64,000 bases of DNA, taken from contig CAJQSQ010000012.1 of assembly GCA_905616395.1 (NCBI GenBank), forward strand, positions 14,188-78,187, in the 5' to 3' direction. The DNA is from an uncultured Candidatus Pelagibacter sp. (GTDB taxonomy: Bacteria > Pseudomonadota > Alphaproteobacteria > Pelagibacterales > Pelagibacteraceae). The notes beneath the pieces were generated by a model. It saw only the letters and a program-made list of their open reading frames with translations. It searched no databases and was not told the origin of the DNA. This document shows, in pieces, positions 8,136-18,849 of this stretch (position 1 is its first letter; every line of letters starts with the position of its first letter). The translations under genes were made by a program, and so were the position numbers.

Positions 8136-8528
8136 TCTGAGCCTGATGTTTGGTCTATTGATCAACAAAAAAAGGCTGGTGCTAAAGGCGCTCCTTGGGA
8201 TGGGGTAAGAAATTATCAAGCGGCTAAAAATTTAAGAAAAATGAAAAAAGGAGATCTTTGTTTTTTTTATCACTCAAATATTGGCAAAGAAATTGTTGGT
8301 ATAGTTGAGGTTATTGAAGAGGCTTTCTTAGACAAAACTGACAAGGATGGACGATTTGTAGCTGTTCAAGTAAAGTTTAAAGAAAAATTAAAGAAAAATG
8401 TAACGCTTGAAGAGATTAAAAAAACCAAGTCTCTTGGTCATTTATCGCTTATTAAACAAAGCAGATTATCCGTTATGCCCATAGACTCTAAAAGCTGGAA
8501 AATTTTAAATAAGATGAGTATTATTTAA
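8115..8528 (+). CDS. EVE domain-containing protein
   Basis: YWLMKSEP, WDGVRNYQA, MKKGDLCFFYHS, SRLSVMP. Confidence 0.95.
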   Translation: MQYWLMKSEPDVWSIDQQKKAGAKGAPWDGVRNYQAAKNLRKMKKGDLCFFYHSNIGKEIVGIVEVIEEAFLDKTDKDGRFVAVQVKFKEKLKKNVTLEEIKKTKSLGHLSLIKQSRLSVMPIDSKSWKILNKMSII

Positions 8529-8540
8529 ATAAAAAAATTC

Positions 8541-10586
8541 ATGCCAAAAAAAAAATCAACATCAAAGGTAAAAAAGGAAACTCCTAAAAACACTAAGGCT
8601 AAAAAAAAAATAAAGCCTATTAGAAAAAAGGTTTTAAAAAAAGTTGAAGAAAAAGAATTAATCATAAAGACTAAGCCTGAGTGGATAAAAAGTGCTCTAG
8701 TAAATAAAGCAAAATATCAGAAAAAATACTCAGACTCGATTAAAAATAACAATGACTTTTGGAAGAGTGAAGGGAAAAGAATTACCTGGATTAAACCGTA
8801 CAAAAAAATTAAAGACGTAAAATATAGTAAAAAAGAAGTTAAAATTAAATGGTATGAAGATGGAACATTAAACGCTTCTGCTAATTGTATAGACCGTCAC
8901 CTTAAAGATAAAAAAGATAAAACAGCAATTATTTGGGTGGGTGATGATCCAAAGGATACTAGGAAAATTTCATATAAACAATTACATAGCGAAGTTTCAA
9001 AAACTTCAAATGGTTTAAAAAAATTAGGAATTAAAAAAGGTGATCGAGTTACAATTTATTTAACTATGATCCCAGAGCTTGCAGTAACAATGCTGGCTTG
9101 TGCTAGAATTGGTGCGATCCACTCAATTATTTTTGGTGGATTTTCAGCAGACTCTATTTCTGGCAGGGTTAATGACTGTGATTCACATTATATCATTACC
9201 GCAGATGAAGGTGTTAGAGGTGGTAAAACTATCCCCCTAAAAGCAATCACTGATGAAGCATTAAGAAAATGTCCAGAAGTTAAGAAATGTATTGTTATAA
9301 AACGAACTGGAAATAAAGTTGGCTGGGTGAAAGGAAGAGATGTTTGGTATGACGACTTAATTAAAGGTGTATCAGATAAATGTGAGCCTGAGGAAATGAA
9401 TGCAGAAGACCCTTTATTTATTCTATACACATCTGGCTCTACTGGAAAACCAAAGGGAGTTTTACATACAACAGGTGGTTATATGGTTTACGCATCTATG
9501 ACCCATCAATATATTTTTAACTATAAACCAAAAGATATTTATTGGTGCACAGCTGATATTGGTTGGGTTACTGGTCACAGTTATATAATTTATGGTCCAC
9601 TTGCTAATGGTGCAACAACAATAATGTTTGAAGGGATTCCAACTTACCCTGACAGTTCAAGATGGTGGCAAATTATTGATAAACATAAAGTTAATATTTT
9701 TTATACAGCACCCACTGCTATTAGAGCTTTAATGAGAGAGGGTGATAAACCTGTTAAGAAAACTTCAAGAAAATCTTTAAAATTATTAGGAACTGTTGGA
9801 GAGCCTATTAATCCTGAGGCTTGGATGTGGTATTACAAAATAGTTGGAAATTCTAAATGTCCCATTGTTGATACGTGGTGGCAAACAGAGACAGGTGGAA
9901 TTTTAATTAGCCCACAAACAGGAGCTATGAATTTAAAACCCGGTTCTGCAAGTAAACCTTTTTATGGAATTAAGCCTTCTATAGTTGATAAAAATGGAAA
10001 AGAAATTAAAGGAGCTGGTGAAGGAAGATTGTGCATTTCTCAATCTTGGCCTGGACAAATGAGAACTGTTTATGGTGATCATCAAAGATTTATCGATACT
10101 TATTTCTCTCAGTTCGATGGAAAATATTTTACAGGTGACGGAGCTAAAAGAGATAAGGATGGCTACTACTGGATAACTGGTCGTGTAGATGATGTTATTA
10201 TTGTCTCTGGTCATAACCTTGGAACTGCTGAAATAGAAAGTGCTTTTGTTGCTCATCCAAAAGTTGCTGAAGCTGCTGTAGTTGGATATCCGCACGATAT
10301 TAAAGGTAACGGTCTTTACTGTTATGTAACTCTAAATGTTGGAGAAAAATCTGATTTAGATCTTGAAAGAGATTTGAAACTTTGGGTAAGAAAACAAATC
10401 GGAGCACTTGCAACACCTGATATTATTCATTTCTCTCCTGGACTTCCAAAAACAAGATCTGGGAAAATTATGAGAAGAATTTTAAGAAAAATTGCTGCTA
10501 ATGAGCATGATCAATTAGGTGATACATCCACTTTAGCTGATCCAAGTGTTGTTCAAAGTTTGGTAGATAATAGAAAAAATATTTAA
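8541..10586 (+). CDS. acs: Acetyl-CoA synthetase with Lys-rich N-terminal extension
   Basis: [38 protein letters not shown] (acetylation-site Lys). Confidence 0.96.
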   Translation: MPKKKSTSKVKKETPKNTKAKKKIKPIRKKVLKKVEEKELIIKTKPEWIKSALVNKAKYQKKYSDSIKNNNDFWKSEGKRITWIKPYKKIKDVKYSKKEVKIKWYEDGTLNASANCIDRHLKDKKDKTAIIWVGDDPKDTRKISYKQLHSEVSKTSNGLKKLGIKKGDRVTIYLTMIPELAVTMLACARIGAIHSIIFGGFSADSISGRVNDCDSHYIITADEGVRGGKTIPLKAITDEALRKCPEVKKCIVIKRTGNKVGWVKGRDVWYDDLIKGVSDKCEPEEMNAEDPLFILYTSGSTGKPKGVLHTTGGYMVYASMTHQYIFNYKPKDIYWCTADIGWVTGHSYIIYGPLANGATTIMFEGIPTYPDSSRWWQIIDKHKVNIFYTAPTAIRALMREGDKPVKKTSRKSLKLLGTVGEPINPEAWMWYYKIVGNSKCPIVDTWWQTETGGILISPQTGAMNLKPGSASKPFYGIKPSIVDKNGKEIKGAGEGRLCISQSWPGQMRTVYGDHQRFIDTYFSQFDGKYFTGDGAKRDKDGYYWITGRVDDVIIVSGHNLGTAEIESAFVAHPKVAEAAVVGYPHDIKGNGLYCYVTLNVGEKSDLDLERDLKLWVRKQIGALATPDIIHFSPGLPKTRSGKIMRRILRKIAANEHDQLGDTSTLADPSVVQSLVDNRKNI

Positions 10587-11206
10587 ATTTTAATTAATTC
10601 TTTAAATTCTTTTTCAATATTTTCCCATTTTAAAATCATAGAATTTAATACAATCTTTCTGTCTAATGTTTTTAATTCTTCAGCCACTGGTGCCCACTTA
10701 TATAAAGTCAGAGCACTTTCATTAAATGGCCAAGACTTGTAATATGTATTCCAATCAATCTTTTCTAATCGTTCTTTAAACTTTTCTTTTGCTTGTAAAA
10801 TAATTTCTTTAGGCATTCCATTTTCGGTTTCCTTAGTTAAAATTTTATTATAAATTTCACTGGCTTTATCCATATCCTGATAATTACAAAAAATATTCAA
10901 GTATGATAGGCTGTAAAAAGTAAGATCCTGAAGTGCTATGGTGTAAATATTCCATTTAGCTTTATTAATAGATGCTAAAAATATTTCATCATCAAAATGA
11001 AGTACCCACTTTGTCCCCATTCTTGTTTTTAAATAATTATATAGAGTTACTTGTGATACCCAGGCTGACTGTGTTTGAATAAATAATGTAAGGTCTTCAA
11101 TATTCTTAATTTTTTTCTTTGGAAGTATTCCTTTAAATAAAGCAAAGAGATAAACTCTAATATCTTCAAGTTTTATGTCTTTTATTTTAAGTTTATATTT
11201 AAGCAA
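10583..11206 (-). CDS. Hypothetical protein
   Basis: 207-aa ORF filling the gap between acs and the symporter operon; no catalytic motif recognised. Confidence 0.75.
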   Translation of the reverse strand: MLKYKLKIKDIKLEDIRVYLFALFKGILPKKKIKNIEDLTLFIQTQSAWVSQVTLYNYLKTRMGTKWVLHFDDEIFLASINKAKWNIYTIALQDLTFYSLSYLNIFCNYQDMDKASEIYNKILTKETENGMPKEIILQAKEKFKERLEKIDWNTYYKSWPFNESALTLYKWAPVAEELKTLDRKIVLNSMILKWENIEKEFKELIKI

Positions 11207-11281
11207 CTTTTACCTACCTGTTATGTGTTTTATATTACAAAAATGGCTCTAATTCGAACTATTTAAAGGCTTTCAATCCAC

Positions 11282-11323
11282 CTCATTATGAGTAGTGTTT
11301 CTCTCTTAACTATATAGGGAGAG
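11282..11323 (+). promoter_or_regulatory. Putative regulatory leader: palindrome plus anti-Shine-Dalgarno hairpin
   Basis: CTCAT-T-ATGAG (11282-11292); CTCTCTT (11301-11307) can pair with GGGAGAG (11317-11323), 4 nt before the ATG at 11328. Confidence 0.4.
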
Positions 11324-11327
11324 TAAA

Positions 11328-11591
11328 ATGTCAAATAAAACAAAACACTGGGAAAAAACTAGGGGGCTATTGTTTGTAACTTTAGCAATCTGGTTTGTAT
11401 TCTCAATTGGCATCTTTTTTTTCGGAACCGAAATGGAAGCATCTAGCTTCAGACCTTTTGGATATCCACTGTCATATTATATGACTTGTCAGGGTTCATT
11501 ATTAGCATTTGTAATTTTGAATTTCTGGTTTGCGGGTAGACAAGAGAAGATAGATGAAGAGTTTGGTTTCACTGAAAGAGAGGATAGCTAA
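11328..11591 (+). CDS. DUF4212 small membrane partner of sodium:solute symporter
   Basis: HWEKTRGLL, GYPLSYYMTCQGS, IDEEFG; translationally coupled to the symporter. Confidence 0.85.
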   Translation: MSNKTKHWEKTRGLLFVTLAIWFVFSIGIFFFGTEMEASSFRPFGYPLSYYMTCQGSLLAFVILNFWFAGRQEKIDEEFGFTEREDS

Positions 11592-13405
11592 TGATAAAAG
11601 GTAAATTTATAGACAATCTACCAAAAGTTTATGGGATCTATACGGGTGGTTTTATAGGGTTCATAATCTTAATGGCGATTGCTGAACAAATGGGGATGTC
11701 TGCAAAAGCAATAGGAATTTCTTTTGTAGTATTCACAATTGCTATCTATGCGATAATCGGATGGTTATCACGTACACTTCAGATGGACGCATACTACGTA
11801 GCGGGGAGACAAGTACCTACTGTATTTAACGGAATGGCTACTGCGGCAGACTGGATGTCTGGTGCATCATTCGTTGCAATGGCAGGTGGTATTTATTTCA
11901 AAGGCTATGGCTATATGGCGTTGTTAGTTGGATGGACAGGTGGTTATATACTTGTATCTACTTTACTAGCACCCTACTTAAGAAAATTTGGCTGTTACAC
12001 AGTTCCAGATTTTGTTGGTACAAGATATGGTGGTAACGCAGCAAGACTTTCCGCAGTACTAGTATTAACGGTAGCTTCATTCACATATGTGACTGCACAA
12101 ATCAATGCAACGGGAACTATTGCTTCAGTAGCTTTAGATATTCCTTTTAAAATTGCTGTGTATGTCGGATTAGCAAGTATATTGCTTTGTTCTATGCTTG
12201 GTGGAATGAGAGCAGTTACATGGACGCAAGTTGCGCAATATATAGTTTTAATTATTGCTTATTTACTTCCTGTATTCTGGATCAGTAGTAAAATGGGTGC
12301 TGGATTCTTCCCACATTTGATGTTGGGAGATGAGGTAGCTAGAATTGCTGAACTAGAAAGTCAGTTTGGGTTTGTTAAAAACTCTGCTGCCGACTTAGCT
12401 ACAGTACCAAAAGGTTTAGCTGGAATAACTAAAGCACACTCATCAGTTAACGGAACAAGTTGGGGATTCATTTCTCTAGCAATTTGTATGATGGCGGGAA
12501 CAGCTTCTTTGCCTCACGTTATGATGAGATACTTTACTACTCCAAGTGTAAAATCAGCTAGAAGATCTGTAGCATGGTCGCTACTTTTCATCTTCATTTT
12601 ATACTCAACTGCGCCAATGTTAGCGACATTATCAAAACTATCACTGATTGATCCAACACTTTCAACAGGGATTATTGGTAAGTCAATAGCTGAGGTTCAA
12701 GCAATAGATTGGTATCAAAACTGGAACCAAGCTAACTTAATGTTTGTTAGCGACTTTAACGGAAATGGAACTCTTGAATTAAATGAGTTTTTCATGGGTG
12801 GTAAAGCGGTTGTGTTAGCTACTCCAGAAATTGCTGGATTACCTTATGTAATCTCAGGTCTGGTTGCTGCTGGAGGTATGGCTGCTGCCATGTCTACTGC
12901 TGATGGTTTAGTTTTAGCAATTGCTAATGCTTTGTCTCATGACTTGTATTATAAGATCATTGATCCAAAAGCAGAAGCTGCAAAAAGATTAATTGTTGCA
13001 AGGGTATTACTTGTAATAATTGGTTTTGCTGGAGCAACTATTGCCGCAATGGGTATCCAAGGTATCTTAGGTTCAGTAATCTGGGCTTTTGACTTTGCGA
13101 TGTCAGGATTGTTCTTCCCGCTTGTACTAGGTGTATGGTGGAAAAGAGCGAATGGTCCTGGTGCTGTTGCAGGAATGCTTCTAGGATTAGCTTCTGGTAC
13201 TTGGTATCTAATTTGGGTACGTACTGGTGGAGCTGGATTCTTGGGTATTACTCAACTTACATTCGGTATCGTTGGAGCGTCAGTTAGTTTAGTTTCTATG
13301 GTGGTTGTTAGTTTATTAACAAAAGCACCAGATGCAGCTACTCAAGACATGATTGATGAACTTCGTATTCCAAGTGGTAAAACAATTCTTGGAAAACAAC
13401 ACTAA
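11591..13405 (+). CDS. Sodium:solute symporter (ActP-like, probable acetate/monocarboxylate uptake)
   Basis: YYVAGR, NGMATAADWMSGASF, GTASLPHVMMRYFT, AAAMSTADG; near acs; substrate inferred. Confidence 0.9.
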   Translation: MIKGKFIDNLPKVYGIYTGGFIGFIILMAIAEQMGMSAKAIGISFVVFTIAIYAIIGWLSRTLQMDAYYVAGRQVPTVFNGMATAADWMSGASFVAMAGGIYFKGYGYMALLVGWTGGYILVSTLLAPYLRKFGCYTVPDFVGTRYGGNAARLSAVLVLTVASFTYVTAQINATGTIASVALDIPFKIAVYVGLASILLCSMLGGMRAVTWTQVAQYIVLIIAYLLPVFWISSKMGAGFFPHLMLGDEVARIAELESQFGFVKNSAADLATVPKGLAGITKAHSSVNGTSWGFISLAICMMAGTASLPHVMMRYFTTPSVKSARRSVAWSLLFIFILYSTAPMLATLSKLSLIDPTLSTGIIGKSIAEVQAIDWYQNWNQANLMFVSDFNGNGTLELNEFFMGGKAVVLATPEIAGLPYVISGLVAAGGMAAAMSTADGLVLAIANALSHDLYYKIIDPKAEAAKRLIVARVLLVIIGFAGATIAAMGIQGILGSVIWAFDFAMSGLFFPLVLGVWWKRANGPGAVAGMLLGLASGTWYLIWVRTGGAGFLGITQLTFGIVGASVSLVSMVVVSLLTKAPDAATQDMIDELRIPSGKTILGKQH

Positions 13406-13418
13406 TTAAATTTTATAT

Positions 13419-13444
13419 TAAGGGGCGATTTGTTTCGCCCCTTA
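13419..13444 (+). terminator. GC-rich hairpin, probable intrinsic terminator after the symporter
   Basis: TAAGGGGCGA-TTTGTT-TCGCCCCTTA, perfect 10-bp stem 14 nt after the stop; U-tract weak. Confidence 0.7.
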
Positions 13445-13476
13445 GTTAAGTTAAAAAAAAATTCCTCTTTATATTT

Positions 13477-13821
13477 ATGCCAGAAATGCATCCTTCTATT
13501 CTCATAATTGACTATATTTTAGGTGTCGTTATGTGGACTTTAATTGGAAGGGTTGCGATGAATATTTTTCAAAGAGAAAACTCAGAATTTTTTTTTATGA
13601 AGGCCTTTGTAAAATTAACAAATCCATTAATTCGTTTATTTAAGCCCATTACTCCTTCATTTATTATAGAACCTCTTGTTCCACTTTATGTGGCATGGTT
13701 CTTTTATATGATTAGATTTTACCTTATGCCTTATCTACTAGGATATTCTGTCATGGGAATGTTATCTTTTCCTTTAGAAAGTGAAATTGCTACAGAAATT
13801 TATCGTATTTTTGGCAAATAA
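13477..13821 (+). CDS. YggT-like membrane protein
   Basis: Hydrophobic 114 aa with FVKLTNPLIRLFKPITP, resembling the YGGT motif. Confidence 0.65.
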   Translation: MPEMHPSILIIDYILGVVMWTLIGRVAMNIFQRENSEFFFMKAFVKLTNPLIRLFKPITPSFIIEPLVPLYVAWFFYMIRFYLMPYLLGYSVMGMLSFPLESEIATEIYRIFGK

Positions 13822-13867
13822 TTAATTCAAATTAAAATAAAATTGATACTACTAATATTGGTAATCA

Positions 13868-14527
13868 ATGAAAAAAATAAAAATATCACCTTCAATTTTA
13901 TCTGCTGATTTTAGTCAGTTAGGAAACGAAATAAAAAGACTTGAAGAAGGTGGTGCTGATATGATTCATGTAGATGTGATGGATGGCCATTTTGTTCCAA
14001 ATTTAACAATGGGACCTCCAATTATTAAGGCTTTAAGACAACATACAAAACTACCATTTGATGTTCACCTAATGATTTCTCCTGTGCATAAGTATATTAA
14101 GGATTATGCTGATGCAGGGGCAGATATTATTACCATACATCCAGAGGCTACTAAGGATTTAAAAAGTTCAACAGAACATATAAAGAGTTTAAATAAAAAA
14201 GTAGGAATTTCACTAAACCCAGAAACTAAAATTAGTTTAATAACTGACTTATTAAACGAGATCGATTTAGTTCTAATTATGAGTGTAAATCCTGGATTTG
14301 GAGGGCAAAAGTTTATGCCAGAAGTTTTAGAAAAAATAAAAGAATTAAAAGAGATGAGAGATCAAAAAAACTTAGATTTTGATATCGAAATTGATGGAGG
14401 AATTAATTTTGATAATAATAAACTAGCAATAGAAGCTGGTGCAAACATTTTGGTATCTGGGACAACTATATTTAAAAACAATAATGGAGATATAAAAAAA
14501 AATATAGACCTTTTAAAATCAAGTTAG
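13868..14527 (+). CDS. rpe: Ribulose-phosphate 3-epimerase
   Basis: ISPSILSADF, HVDVMDGHFVPN, DVHLM, MSVNPGFGGQ, IEIDGGI. Confidence 0.97.
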   Translation: MKKIKISPSILSADFSQLGNEIKRLEEGGADMIHVDVMDGHFVPNLTMGPPIIKALRQHTKLPFDVHLMISPVHKYIKDYADAGADIITIHPEATKDLKSSTEHIKSLNKKVGISLNPETKISLITDLLNEIDLVLIMSVNPGFGGQKFMPEVLEKIKELKEMRDQKNLDFDIEIDGGINFDNNKLAIEAGANILVSGTTIFKNNNGDIKKNIDLLKSS

Positions 14528-14531
14528 AATA

Positions 14532-16142
14532 ATGATTTTAAATAATTCACTTACGGTTATTAAAAAAAAAATTCGTCATTTTTATTTAAACTCCAATCTC
14601 TATAATAAAAAAATTACACCCTCGTCTATTGGTTTAATAGAATACCAACCAAGCCCTAGCTTGCTAGATTGTCTTATAAAATATGACAAAAGAAAAATTA
14701 ATATAGAAAATTATTCATTAAATGAAATTTGGGATAATCCAAATTTAAAAGAAAAAGACCAGCAAAACTTAAGTAGTTTTTTTTGGTTATTTAGTCTAGA
14801 TCTTAAATCTTCAAAAAAAGACACCCAAAATGTTATTTATCAATGGATTGATACAAATAACAGATACAACTCTAAAAATTGGAAAATTAATATAATTGGA
14901 AAAAGAATAATAGCTTGGATTTCAAATTCTAGGCTTACCTATGAAGATGGAAGTATTGATTATAAAGACAAATTTAATAGTATTATAAAGAAGCAGATCA
15001 ATCATCTTATTAATGAAATTGAAACCTCTGAAATAATCAATGATAAGATAATAGGCTGTGCTGCTATCATTTTAACTGGCCTATCCTACCCTCAAAATAA
15101 TAATTATTTAAATACTGGTTTAGATTTACTAAAAAAATTAGCAAAATATTCATTGGATAATGATGGCTTTCCAAAATCAAGGAATATTAGGCAGTTAAGT
15201 TTTTATTTAAAATATTTTATATTAATTAGAGAGTGGTTCAAAGAATCTCAAAATGAAATACCTGACTTTATAAATGAAAATATATATTATTTAGGTCAGG
15301 CTTACGCTTTTATTTGGCAAAACAATAAAGTAGATTTTCTCTTTAATGGTAACCATAGAACAAATAATCATAATTTTGACCTTTATTTAAAAAGACTTGG
15401 CTATAACTTTAAAAATCAAAATAATGAGCTAGGTGGCTATGCAGTTCTTAACAATAAAAAAAATTCTCTGATAATGGATATTGGATCAAGCCCAAATACA
15501 AAACTATCTTCAAATTATCAGGCTGGAGCTTTGTCTTTTGAAATAATATCAAATGGTAAAAAATTAATTAGTAATTGTGGTTATTTTCAAAAGGTTAATC
15601 ACCAATTAAATGAAATATCTAAATCGAGTGCAGTCCACAGCACGCTAATTGTAGATGATAAATCTTCTTGTAGTTTTAATAAACTCAGAGACAAAAAATC
15701 TAGAATTAACCAAGGGTTAAGAATACTAAAAAAAAATATTGTATTTGAAAAAAATTATTGGAAAATTAATGCTTCTCATGATGGTTATTTAAAACTACAT
15801 GGAATTGTTCATGCTCGAGAAATAGAATTCTACCCTGAGCAATTGAAATTTATTGGACACGATAAAATTATTTCTAATAAGGGCATTACGAATTTAAAAT
15901 TTGAAATTAGATTTCACTTAGAACCAAACGTTAAAGTAATGAAAACAAAAGATGGAAAGTCAATATTTATAGATCTTGATGGAGAGGGCTGGAAGTTTAG
16001 CTCAGACAACTCAATAATGAATATTGATAAAGGGTTATATTTTGGTAAAAAAAATTCTTTCACAGATAATCAAAATATATTTATTTCAGGAATGACTAAT
16101 GAAGAAAATCAAACTATAAGATGGGAAATCACAAAATTATAA
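14532..16142 (+). CDS. Heparinase II/III family protein
   Basis: C-terminal SSAVHSTL, ASHDGY, RFHL motifs; rpe-heparinase-purH synteny. Confidence 0.75.
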   Translation: MILNNSLTVIKKKIRHFYLNSNLYNKKITPSSIGLIEYQPSPSLLDCLIKYDKRKINIENYSLNEIWDNPNLKEKDQQNLSSFFWLFSLDLKSSKKDTQNVIYQWIDTNNRYNSKNWKINIIGKRIIAWISNSRLTYEDGSIDYKDKFNSIIKKQINHLINEIETSEIINDKIIGCAAIILTGLSYPQNNNYLNTGLDLLKKLAKYSLDNDGFPKSRNIRQLSFYLKYFILIREWFKESQNEIPDFINENIYYLGQAYAFIWQNNKVDFLFNGNHRTNNHNFDLYLKRLGYNFKNQNNELGGYAVLNNKKNSLIMDIGSSPNTKLSSNYQAGALSFEIISNGKKLISNCGYFQKVNHQLNEISKSSAVHSTLIVDDKSSCSFNKLRDKKSRINQGLRILKKNIVFEKNYWKINASHDGYLKLHGIVHAREIEFYPEQLKFIGHDKIISNKGITNLKFEIRFHLEPNVKVMKTKDGKSIFIDLDGEGWKFSSDNSIMNIDKGLYFGKKNSFTDNQNIFISGMTNEENQTIRWEITKL

Positions 16143-17677
16143 TGAAAAAAATAAAAAAAGCTCTTATTTCAGTATCTGATAAAAAAAATTTAGGTAGTCT
16201 TTTAAAGGTTTTAACTAAATACAAGATTGAGTTAATTAGCTCTGGGGGCACCTATAAAGAAATAAAGAAACTTAAATTTAAATGTCTGGAAGTTTCTGAG
16301 TATACGGGTTCACCAGAAATTCTTGGTGGAAGAGTTAAAACCCTGCACCCAAAAATTCACGCAGGCATATTAAGTAAAAGAAATGATAAATCTCATGCTA
16401 AGGAATTAAAGGCTAATCAGTATGATGAAATTGACCTAGTTATTGTTAACTTTTACCCGTTTGAAAAAACTTTAGAGCAAACAACTAATCATTCAAAAAT
16501 AATAGAGAATATTGATGTTGGGGGTCCCACTATGGTTAGGGCAGCAGCAAAAAATTATAACGACGTTACGGTTATCACATCTTCAAACCAATATGAGACT
16601 CTAATTAATGAATTAGAAAATAACAAAGGATCAACATCTATTGGGTTTAGAGAAAAAATGTCTTCAGAGGCCTTCTCTGAGACGGCCTATTATGATGCTG
16701 TAATTTCTAACTATTTTAATAAGATAAGAAAAACCAATTTCCCAAAAAAGAAAATTATTTATGGAAACCTAATTGAAAAATTAAGATATGGAGAAAATCC
16801 ACATCAAGAAGCTGCAATTTATTCTAAAACTCAAAATCTTAATATTGAACAAATACATGGTAAGCAGTTAAGCTATAACAATTATAATGATATTTTTTCT
16901 GCATTAACAATATCTAAATCTTTACCTAAAAACTCTGGAACAGTTATTGTAAAACACGCCAATCCTTGTGGTGTTTCGATCAGTAAAGATAGTTTAAAAA
17001 GTTATAAATTAGCTCTTGCTTCTGATCCAGTTAGTGCTTTTGGTGGAATAGTTTCATGTAATTTCAAAATAAATAAAGTTCTAGCTTTAGAGCTTAATAA
17101 AATTTTCTTAGAGGTTGTCATTGCAAATGGTTTTGAAATTGATGCTTTAAAAATTTTAAAAAAGAAAAAAAATATAAGAATTATTGATGCAACAGAATTT
17201 ACAATGAAAGATTTAATTAAATTTGGCTCTGTGAATGAATCTATCTTAACACAATCTGAAGACTTAAAAGTATTTGAACTTAAAGATTTTAAAATCGTTT
17301 CAAAACAAAAACCAAATAAATCCCAATTGAAAAATTTAATTTTTGCATTTAATGTTTGTAGATATGTAAAATCCAATGCAATTGTACTTGCCAGTCAAGA
17401 AGCAACAGTTGGCATTGGTTCAGGACAACCTAGTAGACTTGATAGCTGTCAAATTGCTATAGATAAAATGAATAAATTTCAAAACCTAAAAGAAGATGTT
17501 GTGGCAGCTTCTGATGCATTTTTTCCATTTGTAGATGGTATTGAAAAATTAGTACAATCAGGTGTTTCAGCTGTAATACAGCCTTCTGGATCAATTAGAG
17601 ATAAAGAAATAATAAAATTTGCAAACCAAACTGGTACCATTTTAGTTTTTTCTAAAACAAGACATTTCAGACATTAA
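16142..17677 (+). CDS. purH: Bifunctional AICAR transformylase/IMP cyclohydrolase
   Basis: ALISVSDK, GGRVKTLHP, IENIDVGGP, LRYGENPHQ, SDAFFPF; ORF track start 16121, likely ATG 16142. Confidence 0.97.
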   Translation: MKKIKKALISVSDKKNLGSLLKVLTKYKIELISSGGTYKEIKKLKFKCLEVSEYTGSPEILGGRVKTLHPKIHAGILSKRNDKSHAKELKANQYDEIDLVIVNFYPFEKTLEQTTNHSKIIENIDVGGPTMVRAAAKNYNDVTVITSSNQYETLINELENNKGSTSIGFREKMSSEAFSETAYYDAVISNYFNKIRKTNFPKKKIIYGNLIEKLRYGENPHQEAAIYSKTQNLNIEQIHGKQLSYNNYNDIFSALTISKSLPKNSGTVIVKHANPCGVSISKDSLKSYKLALASDPVSAFGGIVSCNFKINKVLALELNKIFLEVVIANGFEIDALKILKKKKNIRIIDATEFTMKDLIKFGSVNESILTQSEDLKVFELKDFKIVSKQKPNKSQLKNLIFAFNVCRYVKSNAIVLASQEATVGIGSGQPSRLDSCQIAIDKMNKFQNLKEDVVAASDAFFPFVDGIEKLVQSGVSAVIQPSGSIRDKEIIKFANQTGTILVFSKTRHFRH

Positions 17678-18011
17678 AAATTTGATCAATTTTAGCTGCT
17701 AAAATAAAATCATTTTCTGACAGTCCTTCTATAGCGTGAGTGGTAATTACAATTTTAGCGTATCCCCAACCAAATGAAATATCTGGATGGTGATTTTCAT
17801 TTTCTGATATTTCACTAACTTTATTTATAAAATTTTGACTATTAATAAAATTCTTAAAGATAAAATTTTTCTCTAAAAAGTATATTTCTTTTGTATCTTT
17901 TTCAACATTCCAACCATCAACTTTTTTTTGATATTTGTGAATTTCACTGATATCGAAAGGTAAAATTCCACCCTCACATGGTACACATTTTTTATTAAGT
18001 AGATCACTCAT
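17667..18011 (-). CDS. Pterin-4-alpha-carbinolamine dehydratase
   Basis: CVPCEGG, ENHHPDI, THAIEGLSENDFILAAKID. Confidence 0.9.
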   Translation of the reverse strand: MSDLLNKKCVPCEGGILPFDISEIHKYQKKVDGWNVEKDTKEIYFLEKNFIFKNFINSQNFINKVSEISENENHHPDISFGWGYAKIVITTHAIEGLSENDFILAAKIDQIFNV

Positions 18012-18033
18012 TAATTAGTATATTTTAAAATTT

Positions 18034-18108
18034 TGGAGCGGGTCAAGGGAATCGAACCCTCTACCTAATCGTTGGCAACGATTCGCTCTACCAATGAGCT
18101 AGACCCGC
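18034..18108 (-). tRNA. tRNA-Gly(GCC)
   Basis: Acceptor stem GCGGGTC/GACCCGC, anticodon arm AATCG-TTGCCAA-CGATT, T loop TTCGATT, U73 discriminator, encoded CCA. Confidence 0.96.
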
Positions 18109-18205
18109 TTATAAAAGACACTATAAATAGATGGTTTTTTTAGTTCAATCAATAATAAAGTTTTTGATTAGTATATAGATTTTCAAAAATTTGCTAAAAG
18201 AAAGA

Positions 18206-18847
18206 ATGAAAAAACAAGATTTACCAAAAACTATCCCTGTCTTTCCATTAAGTAACTTTATTATATTTCCATATACAACAGTTCCGTTGAATATATTTGA
18301 ACCAAGATATATTAAAATGATTAATGATAGTATGAAAACAAACAAAATGATTGGTTTGATTCAGCCAAAAAATAATGATGATAGTTCAATCCCTGGGCTT
18401 CATAAGATTGGCTGTTTAGGAAAAATAACTAACTTTAAAGATACATCAGATGGTAGATATATGGTTGATCTAAATGGAATAACACGGTTTGAAATAACTA
18501 AAGAAATTAAAAGTACAGAACCTTACCGTATTTGTGAAACCAATTATGATAATTTTGAACTTGATTTAATTCCTGAAAAAAAGAAATTAAAATTTTCTGA
18601 TCTTGAGTCAATATTTAGGGATTTAAAATTATTATTTGAAAAAAAGGGATATATCATAAATTGGAAATCTTTAGAAAAACAAGATTTGAATGAAACAATA
18701 AATGCCCTGGCGATGGCTTCTCCTTTTTCACTAGAAGAAAAACAAATTTTATTAGAGAGTAAAAATTTAGAAGCGCGAAAAGATAAAATTTCAGAAATAT
18801 TAAAAACTTATAGTTTTGATGATTTTCATAATACAACTATTCAGTAA
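18206..18847 (+). CDS. LON peptidase substrate-binding domain protein
   Basis: IPVFPL, VPLNIFEPRY, DGRYMVDLNGITRF; ORF track start is TTG at 18191, ATG at 18206 preferred. Confidence 0.88.
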   Translation: MKKQDLPKTIPVFPLSNFIIFPYTTVPLNIFEPRYIKMINDSMKTNKMIGLIQPKNNDDSSIPGLHKIGCLGKITNFKDTSDGRYMVDLNGITRFEITKEIKSTEPYRICETNYDNFELDLIPEKKKLKFSDLESIFRDLKLLFEKKGYIINWKSLEKQDLNETINALAMASPFSLEEKQILLESKNLEARKDKISEILKTYSFDDFHNTTIQ

Positions 18848-18849
18848 GC

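Noticed and set aside
18034-18108. tRNA-Gly as an island integration site
   Set aside because: Both flanks are core genes and no duplicated tRNA 3' end was found; the TGGAGCG near 63857 is only a 7-bp match.
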